Positions 1 to 10,231 of a stretch of 64,000 nucleotides of DNA are shown here, piece after piece; positions within the stretch are counted from its first letter, which is position 1; each line of letters starts with the position of its first letter. The stretch spans positions 128,001-192,000 of the forward strand of contig OY969696.1 in NCBI GenBank assembly GCA_963702005.1, given 5' to 3'. The translations under genes were made by a program, and so were the position numbers. The DNA comes from Candidatus Aminicenantes bacterium (lineage in GTDB: Bacteria > Acidobacteriota > Aminicenantia > Aminicenantales > JAFGBC01). The notes under the pieces were generated by a model, which saw nothing but the letters and a program-made list of their open reading frames with translations, had not been told where the DNA came from and did no database searches.

Positions 1-1144
1 CTTTGTAGTAATTCTGGTCCGTCGAACCGCCTTCCGGCGTGCCGGGCTGACGCCATAACCTCTTCCTCCATTTCACCGCGAATGGCCGGGTTGCTTTCCA
101 TCCGTCCTCTCCGTCGTGATTCCCAACGGCGTCGAAAATTGAACACAGGGGAGTGAGCAAGGACAGCGTTTTCCTCTCGCGCCCCCACAGGTTTTTAAGA
201 TTGCCGTCAACGTCGCCTGGCGGAAGACCCTGTCTGGCATAATGGTAAACGCCTATCATGTCTCCCACCATGAGGATAATGTCCGGCTGTTCGCCCTTGT
301 TGAAGATGTAAGCCGCCGCTTCCGCAAGATGGAACGTATTCCTGAGGTGGCCGGGTTTCAGATTTTCAAGCTTGCTGCCTTTGAAGCAATACGGATCCTT
401 GAGCAGTTTTTCAAAGAAATAGTGAAAATATTCTCCATCCAGGCCGCTGGCGGCCGGGCTTTTCTTGCTGCCAGGCAGCGGCTCCGCCTTGATGAAATTA
501 TCATCAAACAGGTGCGGGTCCGCGATGACATACGCCATCATTCTTTTCTTGTATTTCGGGTGCCCGAAACGGCAGGATGGCGAAACCGGCCTCTTCCTGC
601 CTTTTCCGCACAGCATCACTTGATAATAAATTTCCTCGCTTTCGATTTCGTCGACGGGAATGAGCGCGTCCGCGTCGCCTTTGACGCCGCTTAGTCTGTA
701 AACCCGCCGGCCCGCTGAGCGCGCCGACAAATCGGGCCTGTCGCTTAACGTTATTTCCAGGTCCACATTCTCCTTTGTTCCTATGCTGATGCATACGTAG
801 TGAGGATTCTTGTCTATCGCCACGGCCCTTTCGAACGCCTTTCGAGGGACGAAGCAATTATCCGGGTTCGATATCTGGAGCAACCTCACGGGATCCATCA
901 GAAGCGAGTCTCCCCTGAGATGCACGATTCTTGGCATGTATTTGAGCTCGGGAGGCCATGGACGGAGGGCGCCGAATGTTTCCATCTGTTCTTCGGCCCA
1001 GGCCTTGAGATTCCATCCGCCTTGCGAATACGCGCTTTCTCGTCTTCCTGGGATATGGGATGCCATCAGGCCGTCAGGCAACAGCGCCGCGGCCAGGCCG
1101 GCCGCCATGCCCGAGCCGAGCCTGATGAACTCCCTCCTGGCCAT
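1..1144 (-). CDS. Tat-exported metallophosphoesterase (purple acid phosphatase-like), runs off the left edge
   Basis: Not in the ORF track. Manual minus-strand translation from ATG 1144: MARREFIRLGSGMAAGLAAALL (twin-Arg signal) ... VIADPHLFD ... PDIILMVGDMIG ... DAVGNHDG, open to position 1. Confidence 0.8.
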   Translation of the reverse strand, partial: MARREFIRLGSGMAAGLAAALLPDGLMASHIPGRRESAYSQGGWNLKAWAEEQMETFGALRPWPPELKYMPRIVHLRGDSLLMDPVRLLQISNPDNCFVPRKAFERAVAIDKNPHYVCISIGTKENVDLEITLSDRPDLSARSAGRRVYRLSGVKGDADALIPVDEIESEEIYYQVMLCGKGRKRPVSPSCRFGHPKYKKRMMAYVIADPHLFDDNFIKAEPLPGSKKSPAASGLDGEYFHYFFEKLLKDPYCFKGSKLENLKPGHLRNTFHLAEAAAYIFNKGEQPDIILMVGDMIGVYHYARQGLPPGDVDGNLKNLWGRERKTLSLLTPLCSIFDAVGNHDGEDGWKATRPFAVKWRKRLWRQPGTPEGGSTDQNYYK

Positions 1145-1246
1145 CCTGCCGCCGGCCGCGGCCTCACTGGAGGATTTAAATACCTCTTGCTTATTAAGAA
1201 TTGGGTCAGTTGGCGAGTTTGCATATAAAGGACAATTGACAAGGAA

Positions 1247-1864
1247 GTGGAGAGGATGGATATCCGAGGCGATTTAAGAATTAAATACCTGGAAAAAGAA
1301 GATGTTTTCAGGCTTTTCAGAGCGATTCCTGCGCACTGCTACCGCGACAGAGCCATGTTTGACCTGATATATCGGCATGGTTTGAGAAGAATTGAAGTCA
1401 CCTGGCTGAGAAATGATTGGATTGGCAAAAGCCGCATCTGGATTAAGCGAGCGAAAAACGGAGTCTCTCAGGAATATAATCTTCACCCTGACTCGCAGAA
1501 GCTCATCAGCAGGTATCTCATCCAAAGGGGAGAAGCTGCAAACCCTTTCCTATTCATTGGCAGGGAAAGCGGGGAGAACAAATCAATTTCGAAGGGAATG
1601 ATTTATCATCTGTTCAGAAAATACGCGGAAAAAGCTAAGATTCCTCCGGATAAAAGGTTCGTTCACGTTCTAAGACACTCGATTGCCGTCCATCTTTTGA
1701 ATGCGGGATGGGACATTAGCGACGTCCAGGATTGGCTTGGCCACAAGGATGTCAGAAACACGTTAATCTACGGAAAAATCTCGAATAAGAGAAGGGATAT
1801 GCAGTTTCAAAAATTACTAAGGTCTGGGGAAATCGCCGATACTTTGGCGGAAAGCGGGGTTTAG
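1247..1864 (+). CDS. Small tyrosine recombinase (FimB/XerD-like, catalytic domain only)
   Basis: GLRRIEV, KRAKNG, HVLRHS, WLGHK, TLIYG = R-K-H-R-H-Y catalytic set in 205 aa. Confidence 0.9.
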   Translation: MERMDIRGDLRIKYLEKEDVFRLFRAIPAHCYRDRAMFDLIYRHGLRRIEVTWLRNDWIGKSRIWIKRAKNGVSQEYNLHPDSQKLISRYLIQRGEAANPFLFIGRESGENKSISKGMIYHLFRKYAEKAKIPPDKRFVHVLRHSIAVHLLNAGWDISDVQDWLGHKDVRNTLIYGKISNKRRDMQFQKLLRSGEIADTLAESGV

Positions 1865-2106
1865 AGGGCTGAAAATGAGTTGTTTAATTTATGCATTAAC
1901 ATTAACTTAGGTCATATTCTACATGAAATAACGAATTTGTAAAGTCCTTATTTATCCGCGTTATCTGCATCCCCTCATCGACCTAAATATTGCCTTCATA
2001 TTCTCAATTCCTTTTTTCTTCTAATCGCTAAAACGGTCATGACGGGCGGACCGTCAAAGCACCTTCATAAAGCTCCTCAAATGCTTAAACTTTAGGGATA
2101 ACCCCA

Positions 2107-2952
2107 TCAGAGTCTCTTAATAGGAATTGGCTTGACTAAATAGCGTTCCTGGACTATTTCACCTTTAAGAAGTTTGTCCGTTATAGAAAATATCGTATCA
2201 ATATAAACGGAAAGATTCTGATCGATAGTTCCTACGATTGTGTCAGTCCTGTCGATAAGAAATATATTTTGCATTTCTATGGTATTGTTGAATCCAACAA
2301 TTCCAAAATTACGGTTTTCTAGATCATTTGCTAATTGTGCGCAAAGAGCAGTATATACACCTAGAGCCATTTCATCATTGCAGCAGAATATCCCTTGATA
2401 TTTAGATAAATCTGCGTCTTCAATAAAATTCGTGAAAACATATTGAGCCTTCTGGCGCTGAAAACCTCCAGAAGAAAGAATCTTTACTCGGCTATCAGGA
2501 TAAGCTTGATTAACGAACTCCATAAATCCAAGAATTCTTGCTTGTGAATGAGGGGCATCCTCAATGCCCGGCATAGCTAGGAAATTTACCCTTCCTATAT
2601 CACTAGGAATTTTTCCTAAAAGCATCTTAGCAGCCATTCGTCCACCTTCTCTATTGTCAATTTGGACAATAGGAGGAACTTGGTAATTATTTTTATGGAA
2701 GAATTCATAACCGAAGAACTCGGTATCAATTGTCATCAACGGAGCCTTAATATTAATAAAATATTTCTGAAACAAATCCATAAAAGCACGAGATGGAGAT
2801 GGAACCATTATGATCAGGTCGGGCTTATGTATTTCAAGAATACTATTCATTTCAGCCAGAATAGCGGTCATGCATGCAGAATCGTAATCGGCAAGAGGGT
2901 CTGGTGCTACCATGGAGAACACCATGCCACGCTTGTGCGCGAGAGCGGCCAA
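2107..2952 (-). CDS. LacI/periplasmic sugar-binding-type ligand-binding domain; probably the frameshifted C-terminal part of 3033-4196
   Basis: VQIDNREGGRMAAKML, RILGF, GIFCCNDEMALG, IVGFN, TIDQN; frame stays open upstream to about 3110. Confidence 0.7.
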   Translation of the reverse strand: MAALAHKRGMVFSMVAPDPLADYDSACMTAILAEMNSILEIHKPDLIIMVPSPSRAFMDLFQKYFINIKAPLMTIDTEFFGYEFFHKNNYQVPPIVQIDNREGGRMAAKMLLGKIPSDIGRVNFLAMPGIEDAPHSQARILGFMEFVNQAYPDSRVKILSSGGFQRQKAQYVFTNFIEDADLSKYQGIFCCNDEMALGVYTALCAQLANDLENRNFGIVGFNNTIEMQNIFLIDRTDTIVGTIDQNLSVYIDTIFSITDKLLKGEIVQERYLVKPIPIKRL

Positions 2953-3032
2953 GCGACTTACAAAATCAGCCCAGAATCCAAGTCTAACTGAAACATAAGG
3001 AAAAAAAAGAATTCGCGGAGAATCGTGGACAG

Positions 3033-4196
3033 TTAAAACTTGAGAAGAAGGACTCTTTTTTTCTTCTTTGACTCTAGCGAAGTTTCTTGGTCCTTTAAGG
3101 CTAATGATTTGTTATTTAACTCTTGCCAGATCAAAGCTTCAATTTCCTGAGAACGAACATCTGAAATATCCAGACTGCCGCGCATTTCATCAAGGAACTT
3201 GCGTTCTTCTTCTTGTATAATTCCATCCACAAGAGACATTCGCACAGCGTTGATATATATCTTCTCTACATCAATCTCGGCAGGACCGATTTTATCTGTA
3301 AAAAAGGAGCCAAATCTTTCTTTGAAGTCTTCAAATATCCGATCAGCTTTATAAATATTACCAGTGTGATGGCAAAGGTATTCTATGTTATGTTTTAAAT
3401 CGCTACTCTGAAGCATGAAAACCTCATCCATTGAATAAATAATTAAGGGATGGATAGCAAAAGCAGGAATCTCATTATCCGGACCACATATAAAGAGCTG
3501 TTTGTCGAAACCAATTAAGGATTTCTCTCTTGGAGCTATATAATCACCCATTGAAACTTTAGATGTTCCCATAAGGCGGTACAATGTATGAACAAAACTA
3601 TGACGTTCAACTCGAATTTCTGATAGGTATACTAAGGGAATACGACTTAAGATATTCAAGTGCAGAAGCAGATCAATGACAGCTTTTTCAAGTATAGGAG
3701 TATATTTTTCTATATGATCACTTTGTGGAGATCCATGTCCTGCAGTTTTATTGCGATAAGTGACCATCAGTTCCATAAACCCGAACATTGTAGCAGTATC
3801 ATATTGAGTCCCTTTTCCTGGTTCTAAAAATTCTTTAATAGAATTAAATCCAGCTAATAGATTAATACGCTCCTTACTTTTCTCAAAGATATCTGGAGGA
3901 AACACCGATATTCCAGCTAATTGATTATATTTACTGCATAATCGGAAGAGATTTAACCAATGACCTAATGAAGGCCTCATAATATAAGTCAATGCAAAGT
4001 TAATCTTTTGGTCATCATGGGTAGTTTGAAGGTATTGAGCAATTGTGATGCATGAACAATACATAATTGTTGTTTCGAACAGATAACGTATTTTATTCCA
4101 TCTATCAAGCGTATCCCTCGCACCCAGCACCTTCTCATAACATTTTGCAATCGGATAAGGATATTCATGAAGGATCGACTCTACAATATTATCCAT
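3033..4196 (-). CDS. Hypothetical protein with an RxxxxxH HEPN-like motif and a C-terminal TerB-like segment
   Basis: TYRNKTAGHG; VRMSLVDGIIQEEERKFLDEMRGSLDIS; AT-rich 387-aa ORF. Confidence 0.6.
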   Translation of the reverse strand: MDNIVESILHEYPYPIAKCYEKVLGARDTLDRWNKIRYLFETTIMYCSCITIAQYLQTTHDDQKINFALTYIMRPSLGHWLNLFRLCSKYNQLAGISVFPPDIFEKSKERINLLAGFNSIKEFLEPGKGTQYDTATMFGFMELMVTYRNKTAGHGSPQSDHIEKYTPILEKAVIDLLLHLNILSRIPLVYLSEIRVERHSFVHTLYRLMGTSKVSMGDYIAPREKSLIGFDKQLFICGPDNEIPAFAIHPLIIYSMDEVFMLQSSDLKHNIEYLCHHTGNIYKADRIFEDFKERFGSFFTDKIGPAEIDVEKIYINAVRMSLVDGIIQEEERKFLDEMRGSLDISDVRSQEIEALIWQELNNKSLALKDQETSLESKKKKRVLLLKF

Positions 4197-4494
4197 CTCA
4201 ACACTTCCTTATTTATTGTTTTAATAGAATTCAAATGGCATTAATCTTGCCATCGAAATTTTAACTCCCCCATTTTCCTTTTTCCCTTTTATCTCGAATT
4301 CATTACATCATAAGAAAAATCTGATGTCAATTCCGATGGTTACTTTGCGGCCTATGTTTCAAGTTATAATAATTTTTCATAAGAATTATAATTAGAATGA
4401 AAACTGAGCCTCTTTAAACGCAATAATAGCATCTTCTGCGCATACCCAATTTTAATCCCTCTTCTTAATTCGTTTTCTACCTCTGGGGATTCCC

Positions 4495-5157
4495 ATGAAA
4501 AAGAAGCTCTCCTCTTTCGATTCTGAGAAGGATGTTTGGTATTACCAGCCTAAGATTTACATAGATACGAAGAGCCTGACCTATTCTCTTTACGACGAGT
4601 CCCCCGAATTCCGGTCATTCCTGTCCCGCGACCTGTCGAGGAAACTTGTCGACGGGCTAGATTCTCTTCTTGAGAACGGGAATGACAAGAATAAGGGCAA
4701 ACTGAAGAAGAGAAACGGCCAGAACGGCTCGGACATGGGCGCGCTACTGAAGACGAACGGGAAGCTGAAGAAGCCGGTAATCAGCTTCTTTGCCGACAAG
4801 GCTAAGGTCCTTAAGGAAGAGATAGATAAAATCAACCAAGACGCGGAGGAGCGGAAAAGACTTCACAGAGAAACGAAGGATGAAATATGTGCCGATTCGA
4901 AAGAGATCAGAAGGCTGCTGCAGGAAATCTCGCTATATTCGCCGGGAACGAAGCACTCGATTGACTTGCGACGAATAGAGCTTGAACGGGAGATGCTCGG
5001 CCTACGGAAGGAATCGAGAATTGCGGGCCTTTCATTATGGAAGGATTCCGTAATGCTTCGCCACGAGCTGCGCGAAATCATTTTCGAGTATCAGGCGCTG
5101 AAAAGGATGGCGGAGCTGGTCGAGAACGGAGGCGGCAAGAATGGCGTTTCAGGGTGA
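4495..5157 (+). CDS. Hypothetical coiled-coil protein (element backbone)
   Basis: 220-aa ORF with a charged helical C-terminal half. Confidence 0.7.
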   Translation: MKKKLSSFDSEKDVWYYQPKIYIDTKSLTYSLYDESPEFRSFLSRDLSRKLVDGLDSLLENGNDKNKGKLKKRNGQNGSDMGALLKTNGKLKKPVISFFADKAKVLKEEIDKINQDAEERKRLHRETKDEICADSKEIRRLLQEISLYSPGTKHSIDLRRIELEREMLGLRKESRIAGLSLWKDSVMLRHELREIIFEYQALKRMAELVENGGGKNGVSG

Positions 5158-5215
5158 GTCCGCCGACCACGAGAATGTAACTTCATAAGCCTAGAAATAA
5201 GCAAACCTGGAAATT

Positions 5216-5590
5216 TCAAAAAGCCCTGTTCGGCTGGGCCAAGGTAACGAGCGAGTTCAGGGCTTCCTCTTTCTGATTGTGCATGAAAACGAAGCCGTAA
5301 TAGACGTAGATCGCATCGCCCCTGTTCTCCGTCCTCAGCGTCGCGGACTTAATACTCGAAAGTTCTTCCTTTCTGAGATAAAGGCTGATGTTCCTGAGGA
5401 GCTTCGAAGCATTAAGTATCTCCAGCCCCACGGCCCTTTTCATGTCGGCATCGAAGTCTATGATGAAATCTCCTATCTCGACGCTTCCCTTGGCCTTTTC
5501 GCTGCCCCTGTGCAGGAGCAGGATGTCATCTTCCACGTCATACGAGAATTGCGTTTCGGCTTTCATTTCCACCACATCCTTTTCTGCCAT
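5216..5590 (-). CDS. DUF2283-family protein (putative antitoxin)
   Basis: YDVEDDILLL...GSVEIGDFIIDFD...AVGLEILNASK. Confidence 0.75.
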   Translation of the reverse strand: MAEKDVVEMKAETQFSYDVEDDILLLHRGSEKAKGSVEIGDFIIDFDADMKRAVGLEILNASKLLRNISLYLRKEELSSIKSATLRTENRGDAIYVYYGFVFMHNQKEEALNSLVTLAQPNRAF

Positions 5591-5880
5591 TTGTTTACTA
5601 TTTCATAGGCAGTCTTGACCTTTATCCTTTCGTTCAGAGTGATTATGAGGCCGAGCGTCCTGGCCCTGCTCAGCCTGAACCATAATTTATACTTGAATTC
5701 CGAGGGATTTAAAGATTCCTGCTCCGTCGCCCTGATCAGGTTTTTCGGGTTCATCAGGTTCTGCCTGATGACTTCTTCTTTTATGCCCCTGTAGGCGCGG
5801 TCCTGCGCTACATGGGACGATATGATTATTTTGTCCTCTCCAAAGCTTTTAAGCCACTCCCTCAGATTCTGGCGCTTCAT
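5563..5880 (-). CDS. DUF4258/RelE-like putative toxin paired with DUF2283
   Basis: IIISSHVAQDRAYRGI...IKVKTAY; overlaps the DUF2283 gene; start could be 5913. Confidence 0.55.
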   Translation of the reverse strand: MKRQNLREWLKSFGEDKIIISSHVAQDRAYRGIKEEVIRQNLMNPKNLIRATEQESLNPSEFKYKLWFRLSRARTLGLIITLNERIKVKTAYEIVNKWQKRMWWK

Positions 5881-6025
5881 GCGAACCGATATGCCTATTT
5901 GGCCTGAGTTCATAAATGCTTTTTGACGAACCCCTGCGGCTCATCTACTCTCTGCATTCCATCATCCGCATATTCCGCCTTCTGCATCGGCCAGCCTCTT
6001 CATTAAGCTTTCCGTCGTTTCGTTA

Positions 6026-8059
6026 ATGGGCATGTCTTTTCAGGATGAGGTCGAGGCGCTTTTCCGCAAGCTGAAGCCTGTCCTGGGCAAGGAAATCGAC
6101 TCCCTCTGGCTGGCTTACCATACCCAGACCGACCCGCGTTCCCGGGCTGAGATCCTGGGCATCCTTTACTCCCTGGCCTCCCAATACCTCGACGAGACGT
6201 TTGACAAGCAGCTTCTTCTCTCGCTTCCGGACGCCGGCGATATCGCGGGCGACCACGAAATCGGCAAAGTCGTCTACGCCGGGCGCGAGCTGCATCCCTT
6301 CGGCCTGCGCGAAAACGAATGGCTCCGCCACATAGGTATTTTCGGGACGACCGGCTCGGGGAAGACCAACTGCGCCTTCGTCCTGCTCTCGAAACTGCTC
6401 AAAATGCGAAAACCCTTCCTGGTGTTCGACTGGAAGCGCAATTACCGCGACCTGCTCGCCCTTCCGGATTTTGCCGGGCTGAAGGTCTACACGATTGGCC
6501 GGGAAGAGTCGCCGCTTCTCTTCAATCCCCTGATTCCTCCGCCGGGGACGGGCGCCCAGACGTGGCTCAAGAAGCTCATCGAGGTCATGTGCCATGCCTA
6601 TTTCCTTGGGGAGGGAGTAGCATACCTGCTTCAGAAAGCGATTGACCAGGCCTACTCGGATTCAGGAGTCTACTACGAGCAGGCCGGCGCCTTTCCGACC
6701 TTCCGGGACGTGCTCAATATTCTGGAGAAAACGGAAGTCAAGGGCAGAAAAGCGCTTTGGATGGATTCGACGCTGCGAACCCTGGGCGTCCTCTGCTTCG
6801 GCGAATTCGGCCGCGTCCTGAACGCGGCGAAGCCATCGCCTCTCGCTTCCCTGCTTTCCGAGAACGCGGTTCTGGAGCTCGACAGCCTGACGAATTCCGA
6901 CAAGACCTTCTTCATCGAGGCGCTACTGCTGTGGATTCACCATTTCCGTCTTTCGCAGCCGGAGCGCGAAACCTTCAAGCATGCCATCCTGATAGAGGAG
7001 GCGCACCACATACTCCTGAGGAAGAAGCAGGAGGCCACTGGCAGCGAGGCGGTTACGGACGTCATCCTCCGAGAGATCCGAGAGCTCGGCGAGGCGATAA
7101 TCCTGATAGACCAGCATCCCTCGCTTATTTCGATTCCGGCGCTTGGCAATACGTATACGACTCTATGCTTCGGGCTGAAGCACAGGGCGGACATGTTCAC
7201 CATTTCCGAATCGCTTTTGCTGGCGAAAGACGAGGTCGACTTCCTGGGCCAGCTTGAGACCGGGACGGCGATTGTGAAGCTCCAGGGCCGCTATTTCAAG
7301 CCCTTCCTTGTGCGCATCCCTCTTTTTCAAATACGGAAAGGAATCGTATCCGATTCCGAAGTCAGAAGCCGGATGGCAGGAAATTTGGCTGAAAACGGGG
7401 TTGTCAGGCTTGAACGCGGCCTTCGCGGCATTGTCAGCTCTCTTGAAGGTATTGTTAATAAAGGGGGCGGACAGGTTATTCTGGAGGCAGACGAACGCCG
7501 CTTCCTGGAGGACATCGCAATCCATCCCATTTCAGGCGTGGTGGCGCGCTATACGAGGCTCGGAATGAACAGATACAGGGGCAACCAGATACAGAACAGG
7601 CTTCAAGACAATAAGCTGATTTCGTGGCGCCCCGTTTCAACGAGCTCCGGCCGGCTTAAGGTCCTGGTCCTCACGGACTCCGGGAAGAAGGCGATTCCTG
7701 ACGTCAGGGTCGAGAAGGTCTTCCAGAAGAACGAGTCCTGGGAGCATGCCGTCGCGAAGGCGAAGGTCGCGGACCACTACCGCGCGCTGGGATACAAGGT
7801 CACGCTGGAATACAAGCTTCCGGGCGGCCGGGCCGTGGACGTGGTCGCTGAGAAGGACGGGAAGCGCATCGCTATCGAAATTGAGACGGGGAAATCGGAT
7901 ACGATTTACAATATCAGAAAGGATCTGGAGGCGGGGTTTGAGGAGATTGTCGTAATCTGCTTTCGCAAAGAAAATAAAGAAAATATCCTTTCTGAATTGA
8001 CAAATCTTGGATTGAACAAAAGCGATAAAGTAAAGCTACTGGGAGTCGAAGATATTTGA
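6026..8059 (+). CDS. HerA/FtsK/VirB4-superfamily ATPase (DUF87-like) with a C-terminal PD-(D/E)xK-like domain
   Basis: Walker A GTTGSGKT, FDWKRNY, Walker B ILIEEAH, IDQHPS; C-terminal AVDVVAEKDGKRIAIEIETG. Confidence 0.8.
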   Translation: MGMSFQDEVEALFRKLKPVLGKEIDSLWLAYHTQTDPRSRAEILGILYSLASQYLDETFDKQLLLSLPDAGDIAGDHEIGKVVYAGRELHPFGLRENEWLRHIGIFGTTGSGKTNCAFVLLSKLLKMRKPFLVFDWKRNYRDLLALPDFAGLKVYTIGREESPLLFNPLIPPPGTGAQTWLKKLIEVMCHAYFLGEGVAYLLQKAIDQAYSDSGVYYEQAGAFPTFRDVLNILEKTEVKGRKALWMDSTLRTLGVLCFGEFGRVLNAAKPSPLASLLSENAVLELDSLTNSDKTFFIEALLLWIHHFRLSQPERETFKHAILIEEAHHILLRKKQEATGSEAVTDVILREIRELGEAIILIDQHPSLISIPALGNTYTTLCFGLKHRADMFTISESLLLAKDEVDFLGQLETGTAIVKLQGRYFKPFLVRIPLFQIRKGIVSDSEVRSRMAGNLAENGVVRLERGLRGIVSSLEGIVNKGGGQVILEADERRFLEDIAIHPISGVVARYTRLGMNRYRGNQIQNRLQDNKLISWRPVSTSSGRLKVLVLTDSGKKAIPDVRVEKVFQKNESWEHAVAKAKVADHYRALGYKVTLEYKLPGGRAVDVVAEKDGKRIAIEIETGKSDTIYNIRKDLEAGFEEIVVICFRKENKENILSELTNLGLNKSDKVKLLGVEDI

Positions 8060-8100
8060 TCGGCTAACATGCTCATAATCAACTTTTTTATTTCTCTTTG

Positions 8101-9606
8101 CTAGCCTTCTTTATTTTTTCTTTCTTTTTCAATTTGAAATTGAACATCACAAAATGCCTTGCCAATTTCTCTGACTAAGTTCTGCATTGTAATGATTGTA
8201 ATCAATCTCTCCATTGTAGGTTTGGTCGCTAAAAGACAGGTCGTTATCTGATGCAAAGATATGACAGCATTCTTGGCAGGATCAGCCAAACCATAATTGC
8301 TGGGTCCTGCTAAAAGAACTTCTTGTAATGAATTGTTCTGAATTAATCCAAGTCTGAATTTAAGACTTTTTGAACCAGCATGTACATTAATACAAGCCAT
8401 TTTATAAAAAGGTCTCCACGTGTCCATTTTTATTGATTCTTCTATTTCTTTGAAATTCCTATCCCTCAAGATATTGCTGGGAACCCATCCGTAATCGCTA
8501 CAGAAATCTCTGCCATATTTAGCGCAGACGACATCTCTGCCTCTTTTCAATTCTTGAAATTGATTTCTTGTTAATGGCTTAAATCCTAATCTCTTGCAGT
8601 GTTTTTGGTATTCTTTCGCTTCCTTATAATTCTCGATAATTGTATGAGTTAGATATCTCTCTGCAATACTTCTCCCATGTTTACTTAGAAAAAATGAAAT
8701 AACTGCCAGCTCATGCAAACTTCTCCAACGAGCGAATGCTCCATCTGCCAAACCGCTCTTAAGGAGTGTCATTATCTCAAAGAATATTTGACACCCGCGA
8801 GCATGTATTCTGGTAAGAGCCTCAAAAAGAAAATCCTGATTTCTGGCTGCTTCTTCTCTATGTTTGTTATTGAATTCTTCTCCTGATTCTAAGGCCATCA
8901 CATAAAACATTTCTAACAAATCAACTGGCTTTTGCCATCTCTTCATCAATCGGTTTTCAAATCCTTCTTGATAACTTCTTCTCTCTGTTAACATTTTTGA
9001 ACTTGTCTTCTTAAGTTCGTTCAATAATACTTCCGCAGATTTGGGCAACGTTTTCGACATTATGTTATTTATCATTTTTGATATTTTCTTAGAATCAGGA
9101 ATTTCTTTGCCGGCACTAATTATTGCTTCAAGAATCAACGTACAAAACCAATCGTCAGAATTTCCATTAGTTTTCCCTCTCTTGGTAATATCACTTTTTA
9201 AATTATCAACGGTTTTTTTACATGAAGAAATGTCCATTACCCCTTCCAATTCCGATAACAATTTGTAACAGTTCTCATCAACAATCTTTAATTTATTTCT
9301 AAAGGCTTGATAAAATTCAGAATTGACTGCCCCTTTATTTGAACCAGTCCTAATAGTCTGGTTACACCTATCAAAAATATCTTTAAACTCTTTATTTATC
9401 TTTTTTAAGTCACTCTTTGATAAATCAAATTCTTTTATATTTTCTTCTGTAAGATTACGCTCAAAATTGCTAATGATATTGCTGTAAAAAAATCCTTCAA
9501 CAATGCTTACCGCTTCATTTTGAATTACCACTGATTTTGCGTATTTAGAGACCATCTCTTTAGATTGTTCAATCAGTTGCTCAAGTTTATCTAAAAATTC
9601 ATTCAT
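8101..9606 (-). CDS. DUF5677-like protein (predicted defence-associated)
   Basis: LLKSGLADGAFARWRSLHE, DYGW, YKMACINVHAG; AT-rich. Confidence 0.65.
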   Translation of the reverse strand: MNEFLDKLEQLIEQSKEMVSKYAKSVVIQNEAVSIVEGFFYSNIISNFERNLTEENIKEFDLSKSDLKKINKEFKDIFDRCNQTIRTGSNKGAVNSEFYQAFRNKLKIVDENCYKLLSELEGVMDISSCKKTVDNLKSDITKRGKTNGNSDDWFCTLILEAIISAGKEIPDSKKISKMINNIMSKTLPKSAEVLLNELKKTSSKMLTERRSYQEGFENRLMKRWQKPVDLLEMFYVMALESGEEFNNKHREEAARNQDFLFEALTRIHARGCQIFFEIMTLLKSGLADGAFARWRSLHELAVISFFLSKHGRSIAERYLTHTIIENYKEAKEYQKHCKRLGFKPLTRNQFQELKRGRDVVCAKYGRDFCSDYGWVPSNILRDRNFKEIEESIKMDTWRPFYKMACINVHAGSKSLKFRLGLIQNNSLQEVLLAGPSNYGLADPAKNAVISLHQITTCLLATKPTMERLITIITMQNLVREIGKAFCDVQFQIEKERKNKEG

Positions 9607-9772
9607 TTTTCCCTCATTAAGCTATCTGCTAATGAAACATAAAAGCTATTTCAAAAAGAATTCGCGTATTTCAACAATGCTGCTAATTTTGACGCATATC
9701 TTTTTGCTTCGCTGCGTAGAGCTAAAGTTATATTAAGCCTCTATCGAAAATTCTTTGTCGAAAATATTATTG

Positions 9773-10060
9773 TTATCTTGTAGAACGCTTTAAAATCTTT
9801 CCTTTCTCATTCATTACACCCACAGTGGTTCCTTCTGTTCTATCAAGAGCCTCGTTAAGAATATCATTTGGGACCCCAAGATATACCGGCTTTTTAAATC
9901 CCTGTAATTGCTTAATTCCTTCGGACAGTTTGTTTTTATTTATCTCAACTTCAACGGCGTATTTTGGAGTGTTTACGTCTGGACCTTCTGTGGGTTCATA
10001 TTTTGTTCCTCGTGCTTTGGCGATTTTTTCAGCGACCTTATCATGTTTGCTTTGAGACAT
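9773..10060 (-). CDS. Small hypothetical protein, possible minimal PD-(D/E)xK fold
   Basis: GPDVNTPKYAVEVE; AGGAGG RBS upstream. Confidence 0.6.
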   Translation of the reverse strand: MSQSKHDKVAEKIAKARGTKYEPTEGPDVNTPKYAVEVEINKNKLSEGIKQLQGFKKPVYLGVPNDILNEALDRTEGTTVGVMNEKGKILKRSTR

Positions 10061-10231
10061 TGGTAACCTCCTTGCTTCTTATTATATAACGCGTTCAAGA
10101 ATTATCAAAAGCATATTCCGCATCAAATTATAGAATCTGGACTGGCCAAAGAAAAAGGAGCTAGACTAATAGAGTCTGTGTTATTGACTACAGAAACAGA
10201 AAACAAGCAATAAAATATGTTAAAAATAAAC

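Noticed and set aside
242-1277. ORFs 242-694, 504-857, 800-1228 and 810-1277
   Set aside because: Overlap the motif-bearing minus-strand phosphoesterase
3056-3062. Programmed -1 frameshift at A-AAA-AAG
   Set aside because: The heptamer is not in the required phase of the upstream frame (AAG AAA AAA AGA); slippage or an indel is more likely
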